Below, piece by piece: positions 20,441 through 30,106 of a stretch of 64,000 nucleotides of DNA. Below the pieces are notes generated by a model. That model saw only the letters and a list, made by a program, of their open reading frames with translations, did not search any database and had not been told where the DNA came from. How positions within the stretch are numbered: the stretch's first letter is position 1; each line of letters begins with the position of its first letter. This stretch comes from a virus, in the IMG/VR virus record IMGVR_UViG_3300031963_000016, positions 97,712 to 161,711 of that record; one strand, given 5' to 3'. Both the position numbers and the translations under genes were made by a program.

Positions 20441-20460
20441 CTCCTAAATAAAATTAGGAG
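20441..20460 (+). promoter_or_regulatory. Late promoter inside an RBS-sequestering hairpin
   Basis: CTCCTAA-ATAAAA-TTAGGAG; CTAAATA at 20444-20450. Confidence 0.75.
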
Positions 20461-20465
20461 GATTT

Positions 20466-21050
20466 ATGAAATTCCATAAACTAACAGAAGAACAACTTTT
20501 GATTTTAACTAATCCATCTAAGACTTTAGTAGAAATATCTAAAGTTCTTGGTATAGGAACTGCTACTGCCCAACGATGGAGATCCAAACTTGGGGTCACT
20601 GTTCCAAAAGGCAGCAAGAAAGGGAAAGAAAGACCATGGCAGGTTAAACAAGAAGAACGAAGTTGCTTGTATTGTGGAGCATCTTTTATGGTCACTCCAT
20701 CTGACACTAAAAGATATTGTTCTCAGAGTTGCGGTAGTAAGAACATTGATAAATCTTATATGCAAACTGAAGAATATAGAAATACCTTGAAAAAGGAAAG
20801 CACTCCAGAATATCGTAGATACTCAAATAGAGTGCATGTTTTAACTAGAAAAATATACGAAGAGCATCACACAGAGATTAACCCAAACAATTATCCAAGA
20901 GGGTTAGCTGGTCAAGCTGGAATCTACCACTTAGATCATATTGTCTCTATTCGATATGGATTTGATAATAACATTCCACCAGAAGAAATTGCTGTTAAAG
21001 AAAATCTTCAGATGTTACCGTGGAAAGAAAACATTAGTAAAGGTAAGTGA
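20466..21050 (+). mobile_element. Free-standing HNH homing endonuclease
   Basis: N-terminal HTH-like segment, CxxC...YCSQSC zinc motif, LDHIVS...NLQMLPWKENISK HNH motif; directly upstream of gp46. Confidence 0.8.
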
Positions 21051-22769
21051 ATGATAACCTTCCGCTCAATCGCTTGGCAGAATTTCCTATCAACTGGCAA
21101 CTCACCGAATAAAGTTCTATTAAACAAATCACCCACAACTCTTATTATTGGTAAGAATGGTGAAGGTAAAAGCACAATTTTAGATGCATTGTGCTTCTCA
21201 TTGTTTGGAAAACCATTTCGTAACATTAATAAAAATCAGCTGATTAATAGTATCAATGGTAAGAAATGTATTGTTGAGATTGAATTTTCTATTGGTGCAA
21301 AAGATTATAAAATTGTTCGTGGCATCAAACCAAATATCTTTGAGATTTGGCAAAATGGCGAACTATTAAATCAAGATGCAGCATCAAGAGATTATCAAAA
21401 GATTTTAGAACAGCAGATCCTTAAACTTAACTATAAGACATTCACACAGGTAGTAATTCTTGGTAGTGCATCGTTTGTTCCATTTATGCAATTACCTCCA
21501 AGCCAACGCAGAGAAGTGATCGAAGATATTCTTGATATTCGCATATTTTCTACAATGAACCAGTTATTAAAGGAAAAGGCACAAGAAACTAAGGATGAAA
21601 TTATTAGAGTTGAGTCTGACATCAAAAGTGCAAAGGATAAAGTCGAAGCGCAACAAGTTCTCATTAAAACTCTCTCCAATGCAAAGGATGAGAGCATTAA
21701 AGCAGTCCAAGCGAAGATTGATGCTAACAATGCTCAAATTTCTACTACGGAGAGCGAGATCATCACCATCGTGGAAGAGATCAATACTCTTAAAGCAAGC
21801 ATCACAGGTAAGGAAAGATTATCTGAAGATATTGAGAAAGCCAAACAGTTAAAAACCAAACTCAATGAAAAGGTAGAAACCTGTGAACATGATGCAGAGT
21901 TTTTCAACGAACACGATGTATGCCCATCATGTGCACAAGACATTCCTGAAGATCATAAGCAAAAGATTATTCATGACTTGCATAATAAGATGCAAGAGAA
22001 TAATAAAAAGATCACTGATTTGGAAGATGCCCTTACTAATCTGACAAACAAATTAACAGACATCAATAAGATCATTGATGAGATTACTACAAAGAATATC
22101 GAACTCTCTACAAAGAACTCAACTATCACTTTATTAAATAAACAAATTAAAGAGTTTGAAACTGAGATTGAAACAAATAAAGCAGACACTACGAATCTTG
22201 ATGAAGAAAAGGCAAAGTTAAAACAACTAGCCAAGGATGCTCTCGACAAGATTACTCTGAAGAATTCTCTACAAGAAACTCGAAATCTTGAAGAGGTTGC
22301 ATCCATTCTTCTGAAAGATACTGGTATTAAAACTGCGATCATTCGTGAGTATCTACCTGTGATGAACAAACTTATCAATAAGTATCTAAATGCGATGGAT
22401 GCTTATATCCATTTTGAACTTGATGAAGCATTCAATGAAATTGTAAAATCTCGTCATCGTGATGATTTTACATACGCCAGTTTCTCTGAAGGCGAGAAGA
22501 TGCGTATTGACCTTGCAATCCTTTTCACTTGGAGACAGATTGCAAAGATGAAGAACTCAGTCAATACAAACCTACTCATTCTTGACGAGATCTTTGATTC
22601 TTCTCTGGATACTGCAGGAACAGATTACTTCCTCACATTGATGAACTCATTCGGTGAAAACTCCAACATCTTCGTTATTTCTCACAAAGGTGACCAGCTA
22701 TTCGATAAGTTTAGGTCAGTGATTAAATTTGAAAAACGCAACGATTTTAGTGTAATTGTAAAAACGTAA
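21051..22769 (+). CDS. gp46: Recombination endonuclease subunit (Rad50/SbcC-like)
   Basis: GKNGEGKST, zinc hook CPSC, FSEGEKMRIDLA, LILDEIFDSSLD, ISHK. Confidence 0.96.
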   Translation: MITFRSIAWQNFLSTGNSPNKVLLNKSPTTLIIGKNGEGKSTILDALCFSLFGKPFRNINKNQLINSINGKKCIVEIEFSIGAKDYKIVRGIKPNIFEIWQNGELLNQDAASRDYQKILEQQILKLNYKTFTQVVILGSASFVPFMQLPPSQRREVIEDILDIRIFSTMNQLLKEKAQETKDEIIRVESDIKSAKDKVEAQQVLIKTLSNAKDESIKAVQAKIDANNAQISTTESEIITIVEEINTLKASITGKERLSEDIEKAKQLKTKLNEKVETCEHDAEFFNEHDVCPSCAQDIPEDHKQKIIHDLHNKMQENNKKITDLEDALTNLTNKLTDINKIIDEITTKNIELSTKNSTITLLNKQIKEFETEIETNKADTTNLDEEKAKLKQLAKDALDKITLKNSLQETRNLEEVASILLKDTGIKTAIIREYLPVMNKLINKYLNAMDAYIHFELDEAFNEIVKSRHRDDFTYASFSEGEKMRIDLAILFTWRQIAKMKNSVNTNLLILDEIFDSSLDTAGTDYFLTLMNSFGENSNIFVISHKGDQLFDKFRSVIKFEKRNDFSVIVKT

Positions 22770-22856
22770 GTATCTACTTACCTGCAAACCCTTATCTACA
22801 CAGGGTTTTAGTCCTCCAAAAAAGTGCTTGTCTTTTATTCATTTTTAGGGAATAAT
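22766..22856 (+). promoter_or_regulatory. Composite early promoter: 16-bp palindrome + CCC-N11-GGG box + TTGTCT/AATAAT
   Basis: GTAAGTA-TC-TACTTAC 22766-22781; AAACCC-N11-GGGTTT 22786-22808; -35 at 22828, -10 at 22851. Confidence 0.7.
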
Positions 22857-22882
22857 TACGGTATAACTCATGGAGAAATGTG

Positions 22883-23047
22883 ATGGAAAGTATGTGGTCT
22901 GATTTTAGTGATTACTCCCTTGTGATGCTTGCACTAAGATATGGCATTGCAGATGAACTTGAATTTGATGGTCTTGGACTATTGAATCGTGAACACGTTG
23001 AGCGTGTTCTTACTGATGTTGAGCATGATATGGCATTTGGAGAATAA
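22883..23047 (+). CDS. Small hypothetical protein (54 aa), not in ORF track
   Basis: SD GGAGA; MESMWSDFSDYSLVMLALRYG...MAFGE*. Confidence 0.6.
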   Translation: MESMWSDFSDYSLVMLALRYGIADELEFDGLGLLNREHVERVLTDVEHDMAFGE

Positions 23048-23050
23048 ATA

Positions 23051-25255
23051 ATGGAAATGAAATCGACTGATCTCTCCGCACGACTTCTTGCAACTGAAAA
23101 CCTATCGGTGATTCGTGCACGCACTCGTACTGCATCTTTTGACATTAAGTCACGTGTGTTGACTCTTCCGATGTGGAAAGACATGACTCCTGAAATTGAA
23201 GATATGCTTATCGGACACGAAGTCGGTCATGCTTTGTATACTGGCGAACCATATATGGAACCCATCAAGGAAAATCCTAAGATGATGGGCTATCTGAACA
23301 TTATCGAAGATGTTCGAATCGAAAAACTTATCAAACGCAAGTATCCTGGTCTGCGCAAACGCATGAACGAAGGATACAAGCAACTCAACGATCGTGACTT
23401 TTTTGGCATCAAGCAAGTGCCGAGTCTCGACAATCTTCTTCTTATCGACAAAATCAATTTGTATTTCAAAGCTGGATTCCAATGCGGTGTCAAGTTTGAT
23501 GCAGACGAAAAAGAATTTGTCAATCGTGCTGAACGTACCGAAACTATCGAAGATGTGATTGCTCTTGCAAAAGACATTTATGCTTTTTCAAAACAGAAAG
23601 CAGAAGAACGCAAGGAGCGTATGAAACAAGAGAATCCTCTAGACCTAGAAGACGATGAGGAAGATGATCCAGTCTATGGAGACTTTGATGTTGATATGGA
23701 TGGTGACTGGAGTGAAGAAGACGATGAAGATTCTGATCTTGACCCACTTGGTAACACACCTAAACATCAGAACGATGAGCGTGCAGAAAAAGAAGAGGAT
23801 CTAGAGTCTCAAACTGAACGCATTTTTCGCAACAAACTTGAAGATCTGGCTGACGAAAATACAGAGTACAAGTATTGGAAATTTGATACCGAGTATGAAT
23901 ATGATCCGATCATTCCGTACAAAAGAATTCTAAACGAAACTAAAAGTCCAGAACAGTGGACTATGGAACAGAACGAACAGTATGACTGGACTCTGCGTCA
24001 CATGAGTGATGAGCAAAAGGCTAAATTTTATGAAAGTCTTGGGAAAGATTTCTTGCAGTTTAAGAATGAGTCTAGTCGTACGGTAAACTATCTTGTAAAA
24101 GAATTCGAGATGAGGAAGTCCGCTACACTTTACAAACGTGCATCTGTTTCTAAGATTGGCTCTCTTGATATGCGTAAAATTTATGCATACAAGTTGAAGG
24201 ACGATCTTTTCAAGCGTGTGACTACTTTTCCTAATGGTAAGAATCACGGCATGATTATGCTTGTGGATTGGTCTGGTTCGATGAATGATGTGATTCGTGA
24301 TACGTTGAAACAGGTTATCAATCTTGCCATGTTCTGTAATAGAATTCAAGTACCGTATCGTGTTCTTGCTTTTACATCTGCATATGAGGAAACTAGTAGG
24401 CAAGAGCGTAATTCTAATATGACTCCAGAAGAATATAGAAAGTATGTAGATATTCAACGTGAAAAACATAGGATCAAATCAGAACAAAATGAACTGATAA
24501 ATTGCGTTGATGGTTTTCATCTAATGGAGTTGTTCAGCAACAAGATGACTACTAGCGAATTTAATATTATGGCTAAACGTGTGCTAGATCATCGTTTCTT
24601 TTGGAACAAAGGGTATGCCACTGGTGGCACTCCCCTTAATGAAGGACTGGTATGGATGTATCATAAACTCGGAGAATACATTAAGAACAATTCCATCGAG
24701 AAAATGACATTCATCACTCTAACTGATGGTGAAGGTGGTTCTTTGACAACTTATAATCGTAGTATTGAAGACTCACGTACTGAGATTAATGGTCATGAAT
24801 ATAAACGCATCAAAATTAAAAATCTAATTCGTGATGAGATCACACAAAAAACTTATGAGATTGATCGTTACTCTAACAGTCAAACAAACACCATTTTGCG
24901 TATGATTAAGGATCGTTACAATGTCTCACTTGTTGGATTTCATATCTGTGAGAATCGTAAAGGTGATCTTAGAAACTTCTTGCAAGCGTCGTTGCCGAGT
25001 TTCCGTGGCGATTTTCACTCAGTGATTGAAGACTGGCGTAAAGATTTTCGCACTAAGGGATTTGCTTCTATTGCAAATAGTGGTCGTGATGAACTGTTTT
25101 TGATCCCCCAATCATCAACTGTGATTCAAGAGGGTGAGTTGGATGTCAATGCAGATGCTAATGCTAAATCGATTGCAAAGAACTTCGGTAAATTCCTCAA
25201 TGTGAAAAAGACTAGTCGAATCTTATTGAATCGCTTCGTAACCCTTGTAGCATAA
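23051..25255 (+). CDS. vWA-domain protein with N-terminal HExxH metallopeptidase-like domain (CobT-like partner)
   Basis: GHEVGH, NIIEDVRIE, MIDAS DWSGSM, GGTPLNE, TLTDGEG. Confidence 0.85.
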   Translation: MEMKSTDLSARLLATENLSVIRARTRTASFDIKSRVLTLPMWKDMTPEIEDMLIGHEVGHALYTGEPYMEPIKENPKMMGYLNIIEDVRIEKLIKRKYPGLRKRMNEGYKQLNDRDFFGIKQVPSLDNLLLIDKINLYFKAGFQCGVKFDADEKEFVNRAERTETIEDVIALAKDIYAFSKQKAEERKERMKQENPLDLEDDEEDDPVYGDFDVDMDGDWSEEDDEDSDLDPLGNTPKHQNDERAEKEEDLESQTERIFRNKLEDLADENTEYKYWKFDTEYEYDPIIPYKRILNETKSPEQWTMEQNEQYDWTLRHMSDEQKAKFYESLGKDFLQFKNESSRTVNYLVKEFEMRKSATLYKRASVSKIGSLDMRKIYAYKLKDDLFKRVTTFPNGKNHGMIMLVDWSGSMNDVIRDTLKQVINLAMFCNRIQVPYRVLAFTSAYEETSRQERNSNMTPEEYRKYVDIQREKHRIKSEQNELINCVDGFHLMELFSNKMTTSEFNIMAKRVLDHRFFWNKGYATGGTPLNEGLVWMYHKLGEYIKNNSIEKMTFITLTDGEGGSLTTYNRSIEDSRTEINGHEYKRIKIKNLIRDEITQKTYEIDRYSNSQTNTILRMIKDRYNVSLVGFHICENRKGDLRNFLQASLPSFRGDFHSVIEDWRKDFRTKGFASIANSGRDELFLIPQSSTVIQEGELDVNADANAKSIAKNFGKFLNVKKTSRILLNRFVTLVA

Positions 25256-25265
25256 GGGGTTGCAA

Positions 25266-25330
25266 TAACCCCACTAAGTGTAGGGTTATTGTAGAAAAGA
25301 CTTGTCTTTTATTAGATTTTGAGTAATAAT
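25266..25330 (+). promoter_or_regulatory. Early promoter with CCC-N11-GGG box
   Basis: TAACCC-N11-GGGTTA 25266-25288; TTGTCT 25302; -10 at about 25325. Confidence 0.7.
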
Positions 25331-25358
25331 TATACCTGTAACTTTATTATGGAGATTT

Positions 25359-26531
25359 GTGATGGCAAAAGTTGATGAAATTTTTAGGCGTGAGTTTGAG
25401 ATTAAACTCTTTGAGATGTATCCTGATGTGCAATCTAAGGGAACAGTGAGTCGTCCCCAGTTGCTTGATGTTATGTCTAAACTCAAGACTGAGAAATATC
25501 CCCTGTGGCTTATGAAAGATAAAGTTGGTCGTGGTTTGTATGCCATTAATGGTGGTACCAATCGTGCTGCTGTTGTTGGTAATACTGCTTTGAAAGATAA
25601 TCCTGTGAAACAAGAATCCTTTGTTGTCGACTATACCAACACTTCAGCATTGATTCCCCGAAAAGATCCTAATTTTGTGCCATTTGGCAACTATGGTGAT
25701 TTGGAAAACATCATTAAGTCTGGAATCTTTTATCCTGCATATATCAGTGGACCAACTGGTAATGGTAAGTCCACGATGGTTGAGCAGATTTGCGCTAAAC
25801 ACAAGAAACCTCTCATTCGTGTTAACCTCAACATGATGACTGATGAGGAACAACTCATCGGATCGAAGACTCTCGAGGATGGTAACGTGCAAATTGTAGA
25901 AGGTCCAGTGCTTATTGCAATGCGCAATGGTACAACTCTGCTTCTTGACGAGATCGATGCTGGATCTGCAAATACTCTGTTGTGTTTGCAACCGATTCTT
26001 GAGGGTAAACCTTATTACTTTAAACTCAAGAATGAGATGATTGTTCCAGCTGCTGGATTCAATGTCATTGCGACTGCGAATACTAAGGGTAAGGGTTCAG
26101 ACGATGGTCGTTACATCGGTACGAATATTTTGAACGAAGCATTCTTGGAGCGATTTGCCGTAACATTCGAGCAGGATTATCCCAATGCAAAAGTAGAAGT
26201 TAAGATTGTAAAGAATCTCATGGAAACTTATTCATGTGTCGATGAAGAGTTTGCAGAGACACTCGTAAAGTGGGCTGATGCAATTCGCCGAACTTTCGAG
26301 GATGGTGGTGTGGATGAAACGATTACAACTCGTCGTATGATTCACATTGTTCGTGCCTTTGCGATTTTTAAAGATCGTGCTAAGGCAGTGCAACTCTGTT
26401 GCAATCGTTTTGACTCTGCAACAAAGACTGCATTTATCGATTTGTTCGATAAAGTTGCAAATCCACAGCCTGAACCTGAAGTAGTTGCAGAGGAACCCAA
26501 GAAACCTGAGTCAGATGAAATCCCCTTCTGA
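25359..26531 (+). CDS. MoxR/CobS-like AAA+ ATPase
   Basis: GPTGNGKS, RVNL, LLLDEID, ATANTKG, NEAFLERF. Confidence 0.9.
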   Translation: MMAKVDEIFRREFEIKLFEMYPDVQSKGTVSRPQLLDVMSKLKTEKYPLWLMKDKVGRGLYAINGGTNRAAVVGNTALKDNPVKQESFVVDYTNTSALIPRKDPNFVPFGNYGDLENIIKSGIFYPAYISGPTGNGKSTMVEQICAKHKKPLIRVNLNMMTDEEQLIGSKTLEDGNVQIVEGPVLIAMRNGTTLLLDEIDAGSANTLLCLQPILEGKPYYFKLKNEMIVPAAGFNVIATANTKGKGSDDGRYIGTNILNEAFLERFAVTFEQDYPNAKVEVKIVKNLMETYSCVDEEFAETLVKWADAIRRTFEDGGVDETITTRRMIHIVRAFAIFKDRAKAVQLCCNRFDSATKTAFIDLFDKVANPQPEPEVVAEEPKKPESDEIPF

Positions 26532-26584
26532 TAGTAGGGTTATTACAAAAAGAACTTGTCTTTTAATTGCACTTGTAGTATAAT
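26522..26584 (+). promoter_or_regulatory. Early promoter with CCC-N11-GGG box
   Basis: CCCC-N11-GGGTT 26522-26541; TTGTCT(26556)-17-TATAAT(26579). Confidence 0.78.
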
Positions 26585-26615
26585 TATTTCTCAAAACTTG
26601 AAAAGGAACTTTATT

Positions 26616-27101
26616 ATGTTGAAATTTGCAAACCTGTCACTTTCCCAAAAGCGTTTTGTTGTTGCTGTTCTTGAGCAGAACAAGCAATACAAAAAGGATG
26701 GTCGCATTACTCTGAAAGAGTGTGCTGCAATCTATTATTCATTGCGTGACCAACGCACTGGTGCTAAGGGTGAGAAGATCGGTTATCCTAACTGGTTGTT
26801 CAATAAGAACAAGATCGAGCGTGGTGTGTATCAGCTACCACTACCCACTGATGCAGAAATGACTGCATATCAGAAAGAACTTGCTGAAAAGCAGACTCCC
26901 AAAGTCGCTAAGGCTAAGGCTAAAGTTGCGAAACTTCAGAAAGCCAAGACTGTTAAAGTCAAGAAGCAAGATGTAGTTGCAGAAAAGAAAGAAGCGATTG
27001 AGACTTCTCGTCTGCAGAAAATTATTGATGATTCTGTTGAAGTCGATCAAGATGTAGAAGACTTCAATCAGATTCTGAAAGAAAATGGTATCGAAGTCTA
27101 A
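26616..27101 (+). CDS. Hypothetical basic early protein
   Basis: SD AAGGA, ATG 26616; Lys-rich. Confidence 0.75.
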   Translation: MLKFANLSLSQKRFVVAVLEQNKQYKKDGRITLKECAAIYYSLRDQRTGAKGEKIGYPNWLFNKNKIERGVYQLPLPTDAEMTAYQKELAEKQTPKVAKAKAKVAKLQKAKTVKVKKQDVVAEKKEAIETSRLQKIIDDSVEVDQDVEDFNQILKENGIEV

Positions 27102-27118
27102 TACTTAGACTTTACTTG

Positions 27119-27157
27119 TCGCAGGGAGATACGCCATCGTCTCCCTGCGATTCTTTT
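27119..27157 (+). terminator. Intrinsic terminator
   Basis: TCGCAGGGAGA / TCTCCCTGCGA 11-bp stem followed by TTCTTTT. Confidence 0.75.
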
Positions 27158-27185
27158 CGTTTGATGGTTATATAATGGAGATAAT

Positions 27186-27440
27186 ATGTCTAAACAAGAT
27201 CTACTTTTGAAACACTTGAGGAATGGTAAGGTATTTACTGCCAAACAGATTTCTGCTTCTTTTGGTATCGCTCATCCTGCCAGCACTATCCGTAATCTTC
27301 GTGAGCAAGGTTATTGCGTTTATGCAAACGACGCAGTTGTGAACGGAACTAAGGTTGTTAAGTATCGTCTTGGCCAACCTACTCGTTCTATGGTTGCAAT
27401 TGCCAATCGTGTTGCAGGTGCTTCTGTGTTTACTCGTTAA
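27186..27440 (+). CDS. Small winged-HTH DNA-binding protein
   Basis: LLKHLRNGKVFTAKQISASFGIAHPASTIRNLREQGY pattern. Confidence 0.7.
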   Translation: MSKQDLLLKHLRNGKVFTAKQISASFGIAHPASTIRNLREQGYCVYANDAVVNGTKVVKYRLGQPTRSMVAIANRVAGASVFTR

Positions 27441-27452
27441 ACAGTGAACTGC

Positions 27453-27480
27453 ATATGGACACTTGAAAGAGTGTCCATAT
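27453..27480 (+). terminator. Strong hairpin, probable terminator
   Basis: ATATGGACACT-T-GAAA-G-AGTGTCCATAT. Confidence 0.6.
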
Positions 27481-27501
27481 TTGGTTTCATTGGAGATGAA
27501 T

Positions 27502-27843
27502 ATGGCAAGCAAAGAAGAAGTTAAAAAATCTCAAAACGCAACGACAGGTGGTCGTAAATTTGATGGCGGTAAACTGCAATACGGTTTACTGCCACCACTT
27601 GCATTAAAAGCAACTGTAGAAATTCTAACATTTGGTGCAGAGAAATACGAACCAGATAATTGGAAACATGTTCCAGATTCTAAGCGCAGATACTTTGATG
27701 CAATGCAACGACATCTATGGGCATGGAAAGAGGGAGAGCAAAACGATCCTGAGTCTGGTAAGAATCACTTGGCGCATGCAATGTGTTGCTTGATGTTTCT
27801 TTATGAGCATGATGTGAAATACTCTAAAGATTCCACAAAGTGA
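27502..27843 (+). CDS. dATP/dGTP diphosphohydrolase N-terminal domain (DUF5664-like)
   Basis: GRKFDGGK, LLPPLAL, FGAEKYEPDNW, AMQRHL, DPESGKNHLAHAMCCLMFL. Confidence 0.8.
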   Translation: MASKEEVKKSQNATTGGRKFDGGKLQYGLLPPLALKATVEILTFGAEKYEPDNWKHVPDSKRRYFDAMQRHLWAWKEGEQNDPESGKNHLAHAMCCLMFLYEHDVKYSKDSTK

Positions 27844-27858
27844 AAACGGCAAATATAT

Positions 27859-27888
27859 TTGTCGGATTATCGGTTTTTGAGGTATAAT
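27859..27888 (+). promoter_or_regulatory. Sigma70-like promoter for gp45
   Basis: TTGTCG-18 nt-TATAAT. Confidence 0.55.
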
Positions 27889-27929
27889 GTTTATACATAG
27901 TAATGTAGTTTTATTTGACAGGAGAAAGT

Positions 27930-28589
27930 ATGAAACTTAGTAAAGAAACAGTTGCTCTTTTTAAGAACTTTGCGGGAATTAACAGCAATCTTCTTTTAAA
28001 GAATGGCAACAAACTCGCAACAATCTCTGGTCAGAAGAATGTGATGGCAGATGCAACTGTAACAGAAACATTCCCTGACTTTGGAATTTATGATCTAAAC
28101 GAATTCCTAGGTGCGATGTCTTTGTTCGATGACCCCGAACTCACCTTCCAAGACAAGTATGTATCAATCAGTCAAGGCAACATGAAGATTAAATTCTTCG
28201 CTGCAGAACCATCTGTTTTGACTGCACCTCAGAAAGCAATCACATTCCCTGAAGCAGAAATTTCTTTTAATATGTCAGCATCGATGCTGAACATGATCCA
28301 TAAGACTGCCTCTGTTCTTCGTGCAGCAGATGTGTCAATTGTTGGTGATGGAACTACTATTACTGCAGTTGTTGGAGACAAAAAGAATGCTACTGGGAAC
28401 TCTTTCAGTGAAGCAATTGGTACCACTGATAAAGCATTCAAAGTTAATCTGAAGGTAGAAAATCTAAAGATGCTTCCAGGTGATTATGAAGTATCTATTT
28501 CCAGCAAGAAAATTTCTCGTTTTAAATCTCCAAGCAGCGATTTGGTTTATTATGTTGCTGTGGAAGCTGATTCCACTTTTGATTTCTAA
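27930..28589 (+). CDS. gp45: Sliding clamp
   Basis: MKLSKETVALFKNFAGINSNL, FGIYDLNEFL, YYVAVE. Confidence 0.95.
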   Translation: MKLSKETVALFKNFAGINSNLLLKNGNKLATISGQKNVMADATVTETFPDFGIYDLNEFLGAMSLFDDPELTFQDKYVSISQGNMKIKFFAAEPSVLTAPQKAITFPEAEISFNMSASMLNMIHKTASVLRAADVSIVGDGTTITAVVGDKKNATGNSFSEAIGTTDKAFKVNLKVENLKMLPGDYEVSISSKKISRFKSPSSDLVYYVAVEADSTFDF

Positions 28590-28614
28590 ATGACGAGAGG
28601 GTATAATCCCTCTC
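28579..28614 (+). promoter_or_regulatory. Sigma70-like promoter with -10 as hairpin loop
   Basis: TTGATT(28579)-17-TATAAT(28602); GAGAGGG-TATAAT-CCCTCTC. Confidence 0.75.
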
Positions 28615-28639
28615 TATTCTTTGTTATGTGGAGATTTAT

Positions 28640-29593
28640 ATGATTGAAAGTCGTGATGAACAGTTTTTGTGGGTTGAGAAATATCGTCCACAAAAGATTG
28701 ATGATTGTATTCTTCCTGAGTCTTTAAAAAAGACATTCAAGGATTATGTCGCACAAGGTGAGTTGCCTCACTTTTTATTGTGTGGCACTGCAGGTGTAGG
28801 TAAAACTACCATTGCCAAAGCACTGTGTAATGAAATTGGTGCAGAGTATGTAATTCTTAATGGTTCAGATACTGGTGGTCATATCGACACACTCCGTACT
28901 ACCATTAAGGGTTTTGCTACATCTGTATCATTGACTGATGCTAAGAAAGTTATTATCTTAGACGAAGCAGATTATCTACAGGCAAACTCCACTCAACCAG
29001 CACTCCGTAATTACATGGAAGAATTCTCTGCTAATTGCAGATTTATCTTCACTGCTAACTACAAGAATCGCATCATTGAACCGATTCATTCTCGCTGTGC
29101 TGTCATTGAATTCAAGATCGACTCAAAAGAAAAACAAGAAATCGCTGCTGCGTTTTTCAAAAGAGCCATTACGATTCTTAAACAAGAGGGTGTGGAATTC
29201 GATCCTAAAGTTGTAGCTGAACTTGTAACAAAACACTTTCCTGACTATCGTCGTATCCTAAACGAACTTCAGCGTTATTCCGTATCTGGTAAGATTGATT
29301 CTGGTATTCTTCTAAACATGTCAGAAGAATCTTTCAAGAGTCTTATCAAATTGATGAAGGAAAAAGACTTCACTGAAGTGCGTAAGTGGGTTGCTAAAAA
29401 CTCTGATGCTGATACAACTTCTTTGTTTAGAGAATTGTATGATACTGCTTCTCAAAATTTAGAACCAAATAGTGTTCCTCAACTTGTATTAGTGTTGGCT
29501 GACTATCAATATAAAGCAGCATTTGTAGCTGATCATGAACTAAATATAATGGCGGCACTGACTGAGATTATGGCTCAGTGCAAATTTAAATGA
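28640..29593 (+). CDS. gp44: Clamp loader large subunit
   Basis: LWVEKYRP, GTAGVGKTT, IILDEAD, IHSRC. Confidence 0.96.
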   Translation: MIESRDEQFLWVEKYRPQKIDDCILPESLKKTFKDYVAQGELPHFLLCGTAGVGKTTIAKALCNEIGAEYVILNGSDTGGHIDTLRTTIKGFATSVSLTDAKKVIILDEADYLQANSTQPALRNYMEEFSANCRFIFTANYKNRIIEPIHSRCAVIEFKIDSKEKQEIAAAFFKRAITILKQEGVEFDPKVVAELVTKHFPDYRRILNELQRYSVSGKIDSGILLNMSEESFKSLIKLMKEKDFTEVRKWVAKNSDADTTSLFRELYDTASQNLEPNSVPQLVLVLADYQYKAAFVADHELNIMAALTEIMAQCKFK

Positions 29594-29600
29594 GGAACTT

Positions 29601-29921
29601 ATGGAATTTCTTATTCTAATTTTTGTTGCAATTATTTCTTTTTGCTGGGGTTGGAACCTTAGAGAAAGAGTTGTGATCAAACAAACTAATAAAATGTTTG
29701 AGAGTCTTGCTAAAGAGTTGCAAGATGAAGAACGTAATCTTATTAAAATAAAAATAGAAAAGCACAATGATATGCTTTTAGCGTATCATTATGAAGATTC
29801 GTTATTTATTGCTCAGGCTAATAATAGAAAAGAATTAGAAGACAGATTGAGCGAAAAATATCCTGGTAAAAGATTTGGTTGTACAGAGGATAACCTAAAA
29901 GAAATAGGATTTAGAACATGA
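29601..29921 (+). CDS. Hypothetical, N-terminal transmembrane helix
   Basis: MEFLILIFVAIISFCWGW; SD GAGG. Confidence 0.7.
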   Translation: MEFLILIFVAIISFCWGWNLRERVVIKQTNKMFESLAKELQDEERNLIKIKIEKHNDMLLAYHYEDSLFIAQANNRKELEDRLSEKYPGKRFGCTEDNLKEIGFRT

Positions 29922-30106
29922 GTTTGCTACCGATTATTAGTAATCACCAATATGGAAGTAGGAATGCAAAGGTTTACAAAGACTCACTGGGAAATTTTGG
30001 TGTTTTAGTATACGATTCTGTTGATGATTATAATGGATATGAGTCTTTTGCAGAATTGGAAAGTGCCAAGACATTTGCTGAGGATTGGATTTTGAGGGTA
30101 ACATGA
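29918..30106 (+). CDS. Small hypothetical protein
   Basis: Coupled to both neighbours by ATGA overlaps. Confidence 0.6.
   Translation: MSLLPIISNHQYGSRNAKVYKDSLGNFGVLVYDSVDDYNGYESFAELESAKTFAEDWILRVT

Noticed and set aside
27094-27112. AAGTCTA-ATACT-TAGACTT hairpin as a fourth hairpin promoter
   Set aside because: No -35-like hexamer at the correct spacing
27502-27843. Calling this a dZ (2-aminoadenine) genome from the DUF5664-like gene
   Set aside because: No purZ or HD-domain dATPase in this window; the gene alone is insufficient
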